Assembly (NCBI GenBank): GCA_043228905.1
Contig: JBHGNT010000014.1
Span: 8,494,001-8,558,000, forward strand
Source: Azolla caroliniana
Lineage: Eukaryota; Plantae; Polypodiophyta
Reading direction: 5' to 3'
Length of the DNA: 64,000 nt
Position numbers and translations under genes: made by a program. Position 1 is the first letter of the stretch. Each line of letters begins with the position of its first letter. Below the pieces are notes generated by a model, which was given only the letters and a program-made list of their open reading frames with translations, was not told the origin of the DNA and made no database searches. Shown here in pieces: positions 23,775-36,510 of this stretch.

Positions 23775-26700
23775 TGTCGCATTTGATACGCGTGCGCATG
23801 TAGAAAGAGGCGGGACCACGGGGGCCTTGAACCGAGGAGCGAGAGATAGAGAGAGAAGAGTTGCAAATACGCAAAGGGAGAAGGAAAGAGAAAGAAACGG
23901 CACTCTTAATTACAGTAACAGTCGATTACAATATCCAGAGATTGCAAACTCTGATGATTACAACCGGCAAAGCGGCGACGGTCCCGACACGGGGATCCTC
24001 CTCACGCACACAGACAAAACACACTCGACTCAAAGAAACAAAAGAAAGGGGGGGAGAGCCTCTGCTAGAAGCACACGGGCTGTCCACGAAGCAAAGGCAG
24101 CGAACTCCCAACACCCACAGAGAACGACAATCAGAGGAGAAGAGAGAGCTCGGCACTCCGTTCTGCAACAGCACCTCCTCCTCCCCAACGCGCGATCTTT
24201 CTTCCTCCTTCTCTCCCTCCTTAAATAGTTCGCAATTCTTCCCTAGTCAAATCGCTTTATTCCCTGTCCCTTTCGACAGAGATACGCACAATCCCCTAAT
24301 AAATGTATACTACCTAGTATTTGCATCAGCCGACCCAATTATGAATCATGTACAAAATATCAATTTACACGTTTATCCGTGTAAGAGCCGGTTCATGTGC
24401 CTTTTTCTCCGATTCCACCTATGGCCGGTTTTCTTCACGACATCCACCCCCACCAAATCGCGCATCCACCGGCATGCGCCAGAGACAGGTAGATACCGAA
24501 GAAAACCGGCTTCACTCGTCGGTCTCCGATTCTCCGTCGGGCCCGAACTGATTGTCATCGTCGCTCTTGCTCGCAGGCTCTCGCTCGTCTTCGAACCGCT
24601 TCCTGAACACTTTGATCCGCTTCCTGGCCACCGGCACCACTAATCGTGTCCCGTCGAGTTCCGCGAGGTGGTACGTGCCGTTGTCGTTCGTGCTCGTCAC
24701 CGTGTAGGGCCCGAACCACCTCCTAGCAAACTTTCGCACCGCTTGTGCTGATTGTCGAGGTTGTTGTCGTACACCAAGACCCAATCTCCTTCCTCGATCT
24801 TCTTTGGTCGCAACCGGTGCGTCCGGTTGAACCGGGTCTTGTTCCGCTCCCTTGCCGCCCGCAGCTTTTCCTTCGCCTGTTTCATGTCCTCCTGCCTCCA
24901 CTCGAGTTGCCGAATCTGCGCCGCCAGCAACTCCTCCCGGCTCATCTTCTCCTTCCAATCTACCGCCGCCCATGAAGAAACCGTCTGTTCCATTGACATG
25001 ATCGGCTTCTGTCCGTACATCAGCTCTGCTGGCATAAACCTTGTCACCGAACTGTGCGTAGTTCGGTCCGCCCATAGTTCGTAAGGAAGGAGCCGCAGCC
25101 AATTCCCGACCTGCCCTCCGCACCAACGCCTTTATGATCGACCCGTGCCCACGTTCTACCATCCGGTTCGCCTCCGGATTGTACGCCGTAGTGAGGGAGA
25201 GTTTGACCCCTAGCCAGTCGAACAGCTCCTCAGCTTCCCATGCATCCAGCTCTCCCCAGTCCGCCACAATCTTCCCGACGCACCCGTACCGACACACTAC
25301 CTCTTCGGTCAGGAACCGGCATACCGCCGCGGTTTTCTTGTTCTATAGTGCACAGCCTTCCACCTGGTTCGTTAAATCTTCTCGCGCAAGCACCAGGTAT
25401 CGCATCTGTCCTACTCCCATCGGCATCGTCACCAAGTCCACCATCCACTTGAAATGGATCGTAGGCGGGTAGGTCGGGTGTAGCTCGTCCCGATGTTGGA
25501 CTACGGAGTGCATCTGACAGCTTTCGCAAGTCGTTACGAACCGTGGCACGTCCCTGTACAGCCCTGGCCACCAGTACTTCTCTTTCAGCTTCTCAAACGT
25601 GGCCCACATTCCGTGGTGCCCGGCCCAAGGACTCTCGTGAAATGCCGCCAGTAGTTCCTGCTCTTCTTTCTTTGCCACTACTCGGAGCGGGATGCCGTTT
25701 TTCTGCTTTGGGTGCCTCCATATGCACCCGTCCCGCAAGAAGAATCGGTATGCCTTCTTCCGTACCCGGCTCGCCTCTTCTCTCGTCCACGTTGCGTCCG
25801 TTGTCATCGCCCGTAGGAACCTCCTGATTTGGAGCCACTCCCCGTTGTACCTACTTTCGTCAAATTCGTTAAGCGCCGGAGTGTCCCCTTTCCTCGTCAT
25901 TACGTTAGCCGACCCGAAGAAGTCCTCACCAACTTCTTCGTCATCCGAAACCATGCCGTCTTCGTCGTTGAACCTCGCTCTCGAAAGCATGTCGGCCATG
26001 GCGTTATCTTTTCCGGAGATGTGTCGTATCTCCGGGTTCAGGGACATAATGTATGCTATCCACCGGAGCATTGCTAAGTCCGGCGTCGCACATCTAGAAA
26101 CCATGCCGAGTATCGGCAGGCAGTCTGTCTCGATGATCACCTCCGTCCCGATCAGATAGTCCTTGTCGGCCTTGACTGCCGAAACGATACCCCAAAGCTC
26201 GCACTTAACTTGGGCATATCCTCACTGCCGCTCGCTCAATACCTTCGCCCCGAACCGGATCGGGAACCGTACGTTGTCCTTGTCCTCCTGACTGATTACC
26301 CACCCGATCCCAGTCGGGCTCGTGTCCACCATCACGCAAATGGGGACATCCTTGCCGTAAACCGCTTTTCGAAGAGCCGATGCTACCGTAAGCACCTCCT
26401 TTAGTCTTCGTACCGACTCCGTGTGCTCCGTCCTCCACTCAAAGCTACGCCCCTTTTTCAATAGTCCGTAGAGGGGCTCCGCGACATGTGCGTAGTGCGG
26501 GATCCAGATGTGGTAGAACGTGCATGCACCCAGGAATCTACGGACCTCCGTAACTGACCCACAATCGTTCCTCATCGCGGAGATGGCCTCTACCTTTGCC
26601 GGAGACGGTTTCCTACCGTAAGGCCCGCACAGGTGTCCCACCACCAGGATCTCTGACTGCCCGAACGCCGATTTTTCTCCGGAGAAGGTGAGTCGTGCAT

Positions 26701-27120
26701 TTTCGAGCCTCTGCAGCACCTTCTCGCAGTCGTTGATGTGGTTCACGATGAACCTCCGGCATCCGTCTGGCCCTACAGTCTCGTCTGCATCATCCACCGG
26801 ACACCCCTTTATCGGGATGTCGTCCACGAATGGCATGGTGATGTCCGGGATGCAGTCCCTCAGCACCTTGTTCATTGCGTTCACCATATGCGCCACCGAA
26901 TTCGTCCCGCCTTGTGGTAGGGTACACATCCGTACTAGGACGAGAGGGGTTCGCATCGTCGTGATATCCCTGCTCTCCACGGCTATCTGGAACTGGTCGT
27001 ACCCCGAGTATAAGTCACCGACCGAATAGATCAACCTTCCAGCGAAGGCCTCCGCGAACTCGTCTATGGTTGGTCCGATTCCTGTGTTACGGATGCTCCC
27101 CCTATTGACCGGTTGCAGAT
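23775..27120 (-). mobile_element. tRNA-Trp gypsy-family copy T2, 3' part (RT-RH-INT, PPT, 3' LTR 23775-24442)
   Basis: RMCTLPQGGTNSVAHM..PFVDDIPIKG, HESPWAGH..CESCQ, ADWGEL; PPT GGTGGGGGTGGA followed by TGTCGTGAAGA, as in T3. Confidence 0.9.
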
Positions 27121-30100
27121 CATCAACATATAGCAAGATGCAAATCGGACCTTCCAAACCTTGCCAGATGAACAACAAAGAGTCAGACTTGGAGGCCGCA
27201 AACCACATCTTACGCAACTGGTGCATGATCTTCGCATTCCAAGCTTGGGGGGGCCTACTTCAGGCCATAAAGTGACTTCTTCAGCCGGCATACCACCGAC
27301 TTGTTCATCTCCGTCTAAAAACCAGGGGGTTGGGTCATAAAGACCTCTTCTTCAAGATCGCCTTGAAGAAATGCATTCTTCACGTCCATCTGGTGAAGAT
27401 GTCACCCCCTTGCCGCAACAATCGCCAACACCACACGAACCGTCGTCATCTTCGTTACCGGAGCTAAGGTCTCGTCATAGTCGATTATGTGGGTCTGCGC
27501 ATATCCCTTTGCCACTAACCAGGCTTTTTACTAATTAATTGAACCATCGACATTGTACTTTACCTTGTACACCCACTTACATCTGATCGGTTTATAGTGT
27601 CGGGGAGGGTCAACTAGGTCCCATGTGTCGTTGGCATCAAGTACCCGCATTTCTTCCTCCATAGCAGCACGCCAATTTGCGTCCTTTGCCGCTTCTGTGT
27701 AGCTCTCCAGCTCACGCACTTCCGCCACCTTGGTCATGTACGCATAATGATGCGCCATCTACTCATTGTACCCGTACCGCTTCACGGGGTTCTTCTGGCG
27801 GGAAGACCGGCATATCTTATCGTTACCCGGTTTGAGGCCCTTCTTGGCCAGTTCGGGCTTTGCTCCCGAAGATCCGCCTTAATCCTTTCCGGAGTCGGAT
27901 TCGCTCCGATCCGTCTCAACGTTGCCAGTTTCGTATTCCGGCATCTTGTTCTTCCCCTTCTCTTTGTGCGTGAACCGTCTCCTCGGTTTCTTGCGCGGGG
28001 AGAGCACGGCAGAGTCTCCACTACTGCCGGTTCCTCATCCGACTGGTCATCCCGACTCAGCCGCTTGTTTGGCCCGCTCAATCGAAACAATTCCGGACTC
28101 TCATCTAGAGTCTCGAACCCTTTGTCTTCTAACTGGACCGGTTCAGGCTCACTAGCCTCATTCTCTGGTATCGGGTCGGGGTCGGAAGTCGGAGCCGGTA
28201 AGGCATACCATGATGCCGTCTCTTCAAACTCAACATCCTGGCTAACTCAGACCTGCTTCGTCCAAGGGTTATAACACTTATACCCCTTTTGCTCATGCGA
28301 GTAACCGACCAGGATGCATTTCTCCAACTTTGCATCCAAATTCCTCTGCTTCTCATCCGGCACATGCACATATGCAATGCTACCGAATATTCGAAGGTGT
28401 CGCAAATTTGGCTTGTCCCCAAAATATAGCTCATGCGCGGACACCTTGTCACCGATCCGGTTTTGCATATAGAAGGTCGTCCGGACCGCCTCAGCCCAAT
28501 AGAATTTGGGCATGCTCTTCTCCTCCAGCATCGCCCTTGCCGCGTCGATAAGCGATCAGTTCCTCCTCTCGGCCACACCGTTTTGCTCCGGTGTGTATCT
28601 GCAGCTGAACTTGTTTTAGACCATAAAGTGACTTGCTTCAGGGGGGCTTGCTTCAGACCATAAAGTGACTTCTTCAGCCGGCATACCGCCGACTTGTTCA
28701 TCTCTGACTGGAAACCGGGGTATTGGGTCATAAAGACCTCTTCTTCAAGATTTCCTTGAAGAAATGCATTCTTCACGTCCATCTGATGAAGATGCCACCC
28801 CCTTGCCGCAGCAACCGCCAGCACCACATGAACACTCGTCATCTTCGCTACCGGAGCGAAGGTCTCGTTGTAGTCGATTCTGTGGGTCTGCGCGTATCCC
28901 TTCGCCACTAACCGAGCCTTGTACCAGTTAACCGAACCGTCGGCATTGTACTTTACCTTGTACACCCACTTACATCCGATCGGTTTACAGTTTTGGGGAG
29001 GGTCAACTAGGTCCCATGTGTCGTTGGCATCAAGTGCCCGCATTTCTTCCTTCATAACGGCATGCCAATTTGCGTCCTTTGCCACTTCTATGTAGCTCTC
29101 CAGCTCATGCACTTCCGCCACTTTGGTCATGTACGCATAATGATGCGCCATGTACTCATTGTACCCGTACCACTTCACAAGGTTCTTCTGGTGGGAAGAC
29201 CGACGTAATTTATCGTTACCCGGTTTGAGGCCCTTCTTGGCCGGTTCGGGCTTCGTTCCCGAAGATCCGCCTTAATCCTTTCCGGAGTCGGATTCGCTCC
29301 GATCCGTCTCAACGTTGCCAGTTTCGTATTCCGGCATCTTGTTCTTCCCCTTCTCTTTGTGCGTGAACCGTCTCCTCGGTTTCTTGCGCGGGGAGAGCAC
29401 GGCAGAGTCTCCACTACTGCCGGTTCCTCATCCGACTGGTCATCCCGACTCAGCCGCTTGTTTGGCCCGCTCAATCGAAACAATTCCGGACTCTCATCTA
29501 GAGTCTCGAACCCTTTGTATTCTAACTGGACCGGTTCAGGCTCACTAGCCTCATTCTCTGGTATCGGGTCGGGGTCGGAAGTCGGAGCCGGTAAGGCATA
29601 CCATGATGCCGTCTCATCAAACTCAACATCCTGGCTAACTCAGACCTGCTTCGTCCAAGGGTTATAACACTTATACCCCTTTTGCTCATGCGAGTAACCG
29701 ACCAGGATGCATTTCTCCAACTTTGCATCCAAATTCCTCTGCTTCTCATCCGGCACATGCACATATGCAATGCTACCGAATATTCGAAGGTGTCGCAAAT
29801 TTGGCTTGTCCCCAAAATATAGCTCATGCGCGGACACCTTGTCACCGATCCGGTTTTGCATATAGAAGGTCGTCTGGACCGCCTCAGCCCAATAGAATTT
29901 GGGCATGCTCTTCTCCTCCAGCATCGCCCTTGCCGCGTTGATTATCGACTTGTTCTTCCTCTTGGCCACACCGTTTTGCTCCGGTGTGTATCTACAGCTG
30001 AACTCTCTCTGAATTCCTTTTTGTTGCAGATAACTGTTGAATTGGCCGGAAAAATATTCTTTTCCGCTATCCAACCGTAGGCACTTGATCTTCCTCTCCG

Positions 30101-32364
30101 TTTCCCATTCAACTAGGCTTTGCAAGTTCCGGAAACACTCGAAGACTTCGCTCTTCCGCTCAATGAGGTAGATCCATGTGTGCCAACTGTAGTCGTCAAT
30201 AAAGGAGACGAAGTATCGACTCCCGCCAAGACTAACATTCTCTGTCGGTCCCCATACATCCGAATGAATAAGGTCCAGCTTGTTATGGCTATGGTTTCGT
30301 TCGGTGTGGAATGGAAGCCGGTGTTGCTTCCCGAGTTGGCAGGCTTCACATATTTGGGCCTTCTGGCCACTGAACTTCAACAAACCGAAAAGAACTTCTT
30401 TCGTTTGCAAGTCTTGAAGCCTCCGGTAATTGACGTGGTCGATCCGCTTGTGCCAGAGATCAATATCTGATTCAATCTTCTGTCCTTTGACGAACACAGC
30501 GGTGCGGATGTCATTGGTGTCGAGGATGAACATCCTCCCATCTATGCGCCATTGTGCAATAATCTGGCCCTCTTCCTCGATGAAGCACCCAAGGTGCGTA
30601 AACCGCACATGCATCCCCTAGTCAACGATCTGACTGGCTGACACCAGGTTCTTCGTGATAGTCGGAACGTGTAATACGTTCATCAGCTTTCCCCTCTGGC
30701 CAAAGTGGCTCAAAGGGACTTCATCGACATGCACGATTGGGTGAGGAGTGTCGTCTCCAGTTTCGACGACTCCCGGTTGTTCCGGTTTCTCCAAGAAGGA
30801 GAACCACTATCTGTGGCTCGTCATGTGATTCGACCCACCGGAATCAACGTACCACACTTCCTCTGATTTGGAAGTTGTCTTCTTCATCAAGTTAGCCTCG
30901 TGTTTCATCACCAAGGTTGGTCCTTTACTAGATTTTCCGGTTTTGGATCCTCCCGATCCTTCTGCATAGTGCGAGTATTGCCGGTTCTCTCTACCGGCCT
31001 TGCCGGATCCGAATTTGTCCGAATCGGCGCGTTCTTCCAGCACTCGCTTTTTCTGTGGCCCTTTTTACCACAGTACCAGCATTCCGTGTCAGCCTTTTCT
31101 TGCCGTCCTCCAACGCCGCCGCCTTGACTCCCCCTGCTTGTGGAGTGTCCGGAACTGTTATCGGCACGTTCTCTGTGCCTTCGGTCCTACTCTTGCCAGC
31201 CGCTACCATTGCGAGCTGACCCTCCTCGTTCACCACGCCCACGGGGCCGATCTGCCTCTATGTACAGCATTCAACTGTCGGTGGGTGCACTTGTTGACGC
31301 ACCGGTGTGGTTCTTCTCTACAAGGATCATCGACTGTAAGTCGAAAAATGACGGCGTATTCTCCCTTGTACATACCGTCGTTCGGAACACTCTGAACTTA
31401 GACGCTAGGCCCCCAAGGTAGATCTGCACCATCTCATCTTCCTCTATAGTGACGTTGATAGAGGCAAGTGAGTCACAGATCTCTTTGATTCGGGCCGTGT
31501 AATCGGCTACCGACATGTCCTTTTGTCGGACATTGCTCAACTCCTATCGGAGTTCTAGCTTCCGAGCCGTAGAGCTTGCCACGAAAACCTTCTTCAAGTT
31601 TCCCCAAGCTTCTTTTGGCATCTTGACATCTCGGACATGGCTCAGCAGCTGGTCTCTGACACTGGACACAAAGTAGTACATCACTCTGCTTGCCGCTTGT
31701 TCCCACACTGAGAAGTCCTTGTGTGCCACATCAGGTGTTGTGTCGTTAGCTCCGTCGACATAGTTCCAGTAACCATGCCCAAGCAGGTACCGGTGCATCT
31801 TGTATGACCAAGTTGCATAGTTGGATCTGTCGAGCTTCTCCACCGGGAGCGAGCTAGCCATTCCTCTGTCCATCACTTCTCTTTCTGTACTTACCAGGTC
31901 TTAGGGTTTGTCTCTAGATGTTGATGTCGACTGCAGAGGTTCTCAACCCTCACGCTCTGATACCATGTTAAAAAGAATAGCGTGCGGAAGCAATAGAAAA
32001 CCAAACACAAAAACGCAGGTTTAATGGAGAGCTTGAATATACACAGTACGCGGGAGAGACAGAGAAAGAGTAGAACAACTTAAATCTATTATCAACAACT
32101 CTGTAAAATTCTCTGTATATACAACGTGCTCAACAACACTATTTATACAAGTTCGAGGAGGACTGACAAAAGTGCGGTGTACTTCAATGCTCACATGAGC
32201 GTCTGACACTAACTATGAGACATTAACTACCTAGTAGTCTAGGCTGCTACTAGGCTTCCGGTTACTGCTTGGCCCGGCGAACCGGCTCCCCAGCTCACTG
32301 GCTCACCGATCCAGCTCATCCTTCCAGATGTCGATCTGGATCCAGTTGAGCTTGTCGCTCAACA
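27121..32364 (-). mobile_element. Ty1/copia element B: 5' LTR 31966-32364, PBS(Met) 31954-31965, gag-PR-INT-partial RT with internal duplication
   Basis: TGGTATCAGAGC abuts the LTR; [49 protein letters not shown]. Confidence 0.9.
27247..30004. repeat. About 1365-bp tandem duplication (period 1393) in copia B with a 28-bp filler
   Basis: Near-identical ORF pairs offset by 1393 (27782/29175, 27922/29315, 28330/29723); filler at 28612-28639. Confidence 0.9.
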
Positions 32365-35258
32365 TAAGGAGGTATACTTATTGGTGCAACGCCAGGTACA
32401 ATATCTATATGATGGTCTATATTACGTTTAGGAGGTAACCCATTTGGTAGTTCACTCGAAAAAACATCATGAAAATCATTTAAGATTTTATCGACTTATT
32501 GTTGTTCAAAATATGTCAATTGACCCAAGACATTATCCAGGCACTTCGTTGGGTTTGTTGTGGTCCTTCTTCGAAGTGTGTTGATAGCAAAGAACTATTT
32601 CAATGTCCTCTTCGAAGGATTTTGGATCCTTATAGTGGACTATCCAATGATAGTCCGAATTGGAGATGCCATTGACAAAACAAGCTATTAACTAGTTGTC
32701 CCCTTTTAGACCCGATTTTTGGATTTGGGTTCTAGCATGGTAAACATAATCTTCTAGCGAGGAAAACTTCCAGCTAGAGAGGTTCATTAAAGCTTGTGAT
32801 GCCTCGGTTCGAGAGGGAGGTTGCAGAAATTATCCCTTGAAAACTGTGACAAAATTTGTCCAGGTATCGGGCATTTTCCCAAAAGTATGGAGCCCACGCC
32901 ACCCCTAGTTCTCGGCCAACACGTGCCTCGATAGCACTTTAAGTTTGTCGAAGTTCGGTCATCTGTTGAGCGGTGAAACTAAGGTATTGGCTTATTTGTG
33001 AAAAATACATCTCAATGGACATTTGTCCAGGAGGATTTCCTTGAGTTCCTTCCGCTTGAGTGGATGACATCGGGTCATTATTTTGAGCCATTGAATTATT
33101 ATTTCTGGCAAAGAAATAGGATAAGGTCAGACAAATAGACATAACATCATGTCGTGATGTAAACATATCATGGGCAAACATTAATCGATATCATGATCTC
33201 ACGTCAATACCCCTCTAGACGTATGAGATGAGGTTGAAGATTAGGTTACTATGGTAACACAAAAGTGTTTTAAAAACCATGGGGGTGACAAATTAATGTC
33301 TTTCCCTGATCTCTATATCGATTTTTTCATGGCGGTTCTCCCCGAGGCTCAACCATGTATGTTCGCGTCATGAATAGTTTATACACGAAAAAAATATTAA
33401 CAATAAACTATGTTTTGGTTCTATGCCCACATATGTAGTTTAGGCTCTTTAAGTTCTATTACGAGGACCCCGAAGTGGACTTAGACCTCAAGTCTAAACA
33501 TGTGTTATAGTCATATGTATCAACGATGTTGTATGGTCTTGGTCATATTTAAACTCAAGAACTCAAGAACAAATGCATTAAACACTTGAGCTAACCAAAT
33601 AGGTTGCTCGTGTTGAATGTTTAATGTTTTATGCGTATAAGAGATATGTGAGGCATTTGCTCATATATGTTTTTTTAAAAGAAACATATATGTCAAGAGT
33701 CGTTATTTCCCTCTCATTTACCACAAAATATGTTGGTACGTTACCTAACCTCAAGTCTCATAATTACGATGGCATACGCTAAAGTGCAACCTAATGGTCA
33801 AGCCAAATGAGCCCTCTTTTCGTAGTAGGCCCGCGTGGCCCATCACATGGTTATGTCATTACGAATGCCTTTCATAAGAATGATCTCATGGTGGCATCGT
33901 ATCCATGTAATGAGGGAGGGATGTTGGATATGTGTGTCCTAGGAGCGACCTCACATGAAGTGGGTCAAGCCCTACGTTCTCACCATCATTGTGGCTATGA
34001 GCGTTTTGTTACGTAACGAAATCGAAATGACCAACGGGGATTTCAACAAAAAAATTGTTGAAAAAAAAGGATGGTGACTACACCATTCTCACAAAAACGT
34101 GAGGACGGCCACCAAGATCCTTTCCCCGAAAAGGACAACATTCAATATAAAGATCACGTAATATCAAATATACACATATGTATATTTATCACATATATAC
34201 GATCAATTACGCTTACACGTGACCACATATGCATATATTAAAAAAATCGTAACATCAAATAGCCAACATATGATGAAATCGAGACACGTAATCGAGGCAT
34301 ATAGCCTCTACGCACACAAAACATCCAAAATTAAGGGTTAATCGTAATACGCAATTCAAGTATTGACCTCTTGCGCATATGACACCAAACGCATATCATT
34401 TACATAGAAATCGAGGTATTGACCTCATACGCAAACGTAACATATGTATGTCGTAATACGCAATTCAGGTATTAACCTCGTACGCATATGACACTAATCA
34501 CATATTAAATATATGTCAAATGAAGTATTGACCCCATACACATATGTAAACGTTTTATACAACCAATTAATTACCACTACAACATCATTGAATCAATGAA
34601 AAAAAAAATTACATATTGACCATATACATGATTAGATGGGAGAAGAAAAAATAAATAAAAACAAGAAAGATTACCGAAGTTCCTTTGTTGATCGTTGTCT
34701 AGATCAAGGTCGACCCGACCGCACATCGATCGATCACCATCAATCAAGGAGATAAAATACAACAAAAGAAACATTAGAACATCAGCTCTGAAACCAACTA
34801 TTAGAGATATGATCTAATGTAAGCATATGATAAGGAGAAAAGAATGATAGATAGATAGATAGAAAGGAGAGAGAGAAAGAAGGGTGTCGATCCACCCGAC
34901 CACCCCCGAGCGAAGGGATCGAGATGGACTCGAGCCTCGATCGGCGTCCCATACCACCGTCGTGACGTCGAGCCGTACCTAGTGCTGATGCGCTCGCTAC
35001 AAGAGTTGAACCACCACGAAATAGAGTCTCGACATAGTCAAAAGATGATGAAATGAGGGTAGTTAGGCCTCTTTTTTATAGCGATACCCAAGGCCCCCAG
35101 GCAAGTTCACACTTGGCCTAATGGGTTGTCTCAATCCCGAGGATTAAAAGTAATCCTCCCCTTCTTTACACTCTCGTTTAGCCCTCAAACTTATCCACAT
35201 GTATAGAATACTACGGTAAATTCTCACCACGGGATATTGTATGGTCATGCCCGTAACA
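32365..35258 (-). mobile_element. Deleted gypsy remnant: 5' LTR 34799-35258, mutated PBS(Met), long 5' UTR, gag and pre-RT fragments
   Basis: Minus-strand TGGTTTCAGAGC at 34785-34796; DFHDVFSSELPNGLPPKRNIDHHIDIVPGVAPISIPPY near 32365-32480. The LTR interrupts the copia C protease. Confidence 0.65.
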
Positions 35259-36510
35259 TCATGTGGTTTGATGCTCCGGAGTCAAGGTACCACACTTCCT
35301 CCAATCTGGAAGTGGTCTTCTTCATTGAGTTCGCCTTGTGTTTCATCACAAAGCTTGGCCCTCTTTTGGTCTTAACGGTTCTGGATCCGACCGATCCTTC
35401 AGCGTAGTGCGAGCTTTGTCTGTTCCCTTGTCCGGTCCTACCAGATCCGGTGTCTAGATCGGCGTGCTTCTTCTAGCACTCGCTCTCTTTGTGACCTTTC
35501 TTGCCACAATACTAGCATTCCGTGTCCGTCTTTGATTGTTGGTTTCCGGCGCTGCTTTGACTCCCCCTACTTGTGGAGGGTCCAAAACTTTTGTCGGCAC
35601 TATCTTTATGCCTCCACTTCTGCTCTTGTCAACCGCCAGCATTGCATACCGATCCGCCTCATCCACCATGACCATGTGGCCGATCCGCCTCCGTGTACAG
35701 CATCTTGCTGTCAGGCGTGTGTGCTCGTTGACGCACCCGCGTGGTTCTCCTCTATTGAGAGCATCTACTGTAAGTCGAAAAACGAGGGCATATTCTCCCT
35801 TATATAGATGGTTGTCCGGAATGCTCCGAACTTCGACGCCAGGCCCCCGAGACAGACCTGCACCATCTCATCTTCCTCGACAATCACATTGATAGAGGCA
35901 CGTGAGTCGCTGATGTCTTTGATCCAGGCCGTATGTCGACCACCGACATGTCCTTCTATCGGACATTGCTCAACTCTTGTTAGAGTTGCAACTTTCGGAT
36001 CGTGGTGCTTGCAGCAAAGAACTTCTTCAGGTTTCCCCAAACTTCCTTCGGTGTCTTGGCATCTTGGATATGGCTTAGCAGCTGATCGTCGATACTTGAC
36101 GCAAATCACTACATAACTCTGCTTGCCGCTTGTTCCCAAGTCGGGAAGTCCCTATGTGCCGCATCAGGTGCCGTATCGTTAGCTTCGTCGACATAACTCC
36201 AGCAATTGTGCCCGAGCATGTACTTGTGCATCTTGTAAGACCGAGATGCATAGTTGGATCTATCGAGCTTCTCCGTCAGGAGCAAGCTATCCATTCCTCA
36301 GTCCATATGTTTCTTCTGTTTGTTCTTTACCGAGTTTTAAGGTTTCTCTTTAGAAAACGCTTGTCGGCTGCAAAGGTTCTCAACCCTCACGCTCTGATAC
36401 CATGTAAAAGAATACGATTTCGGAAGCTAAGACAAAACTAGCTCATCCAAATAGCTAAAGAATATAGACACAAGTTTATGGAAACCTTACACGGGAGAGA
36501 CAACGAGAGC
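35259..36510 (-). mobile_element. Ty1/copia element C fragment (partial 5' LTR from 36403, PBS 36391-36402, gag to protease)
   Basis: Same family as B: EKLDRSNYAS, NMPSFFDLQ, WYLDSGASNHM. Confidence 0.85.

Noticed and set aside
18549-32364. LTRs at 18549-18968 and 31966-32364 as the two ends of one copia element
   Set aside because: The LTRs are clearly diverged, the flanks differ (GTTTT versus TAAGG, different host elements) and the INT-RT region is represented redundantly.
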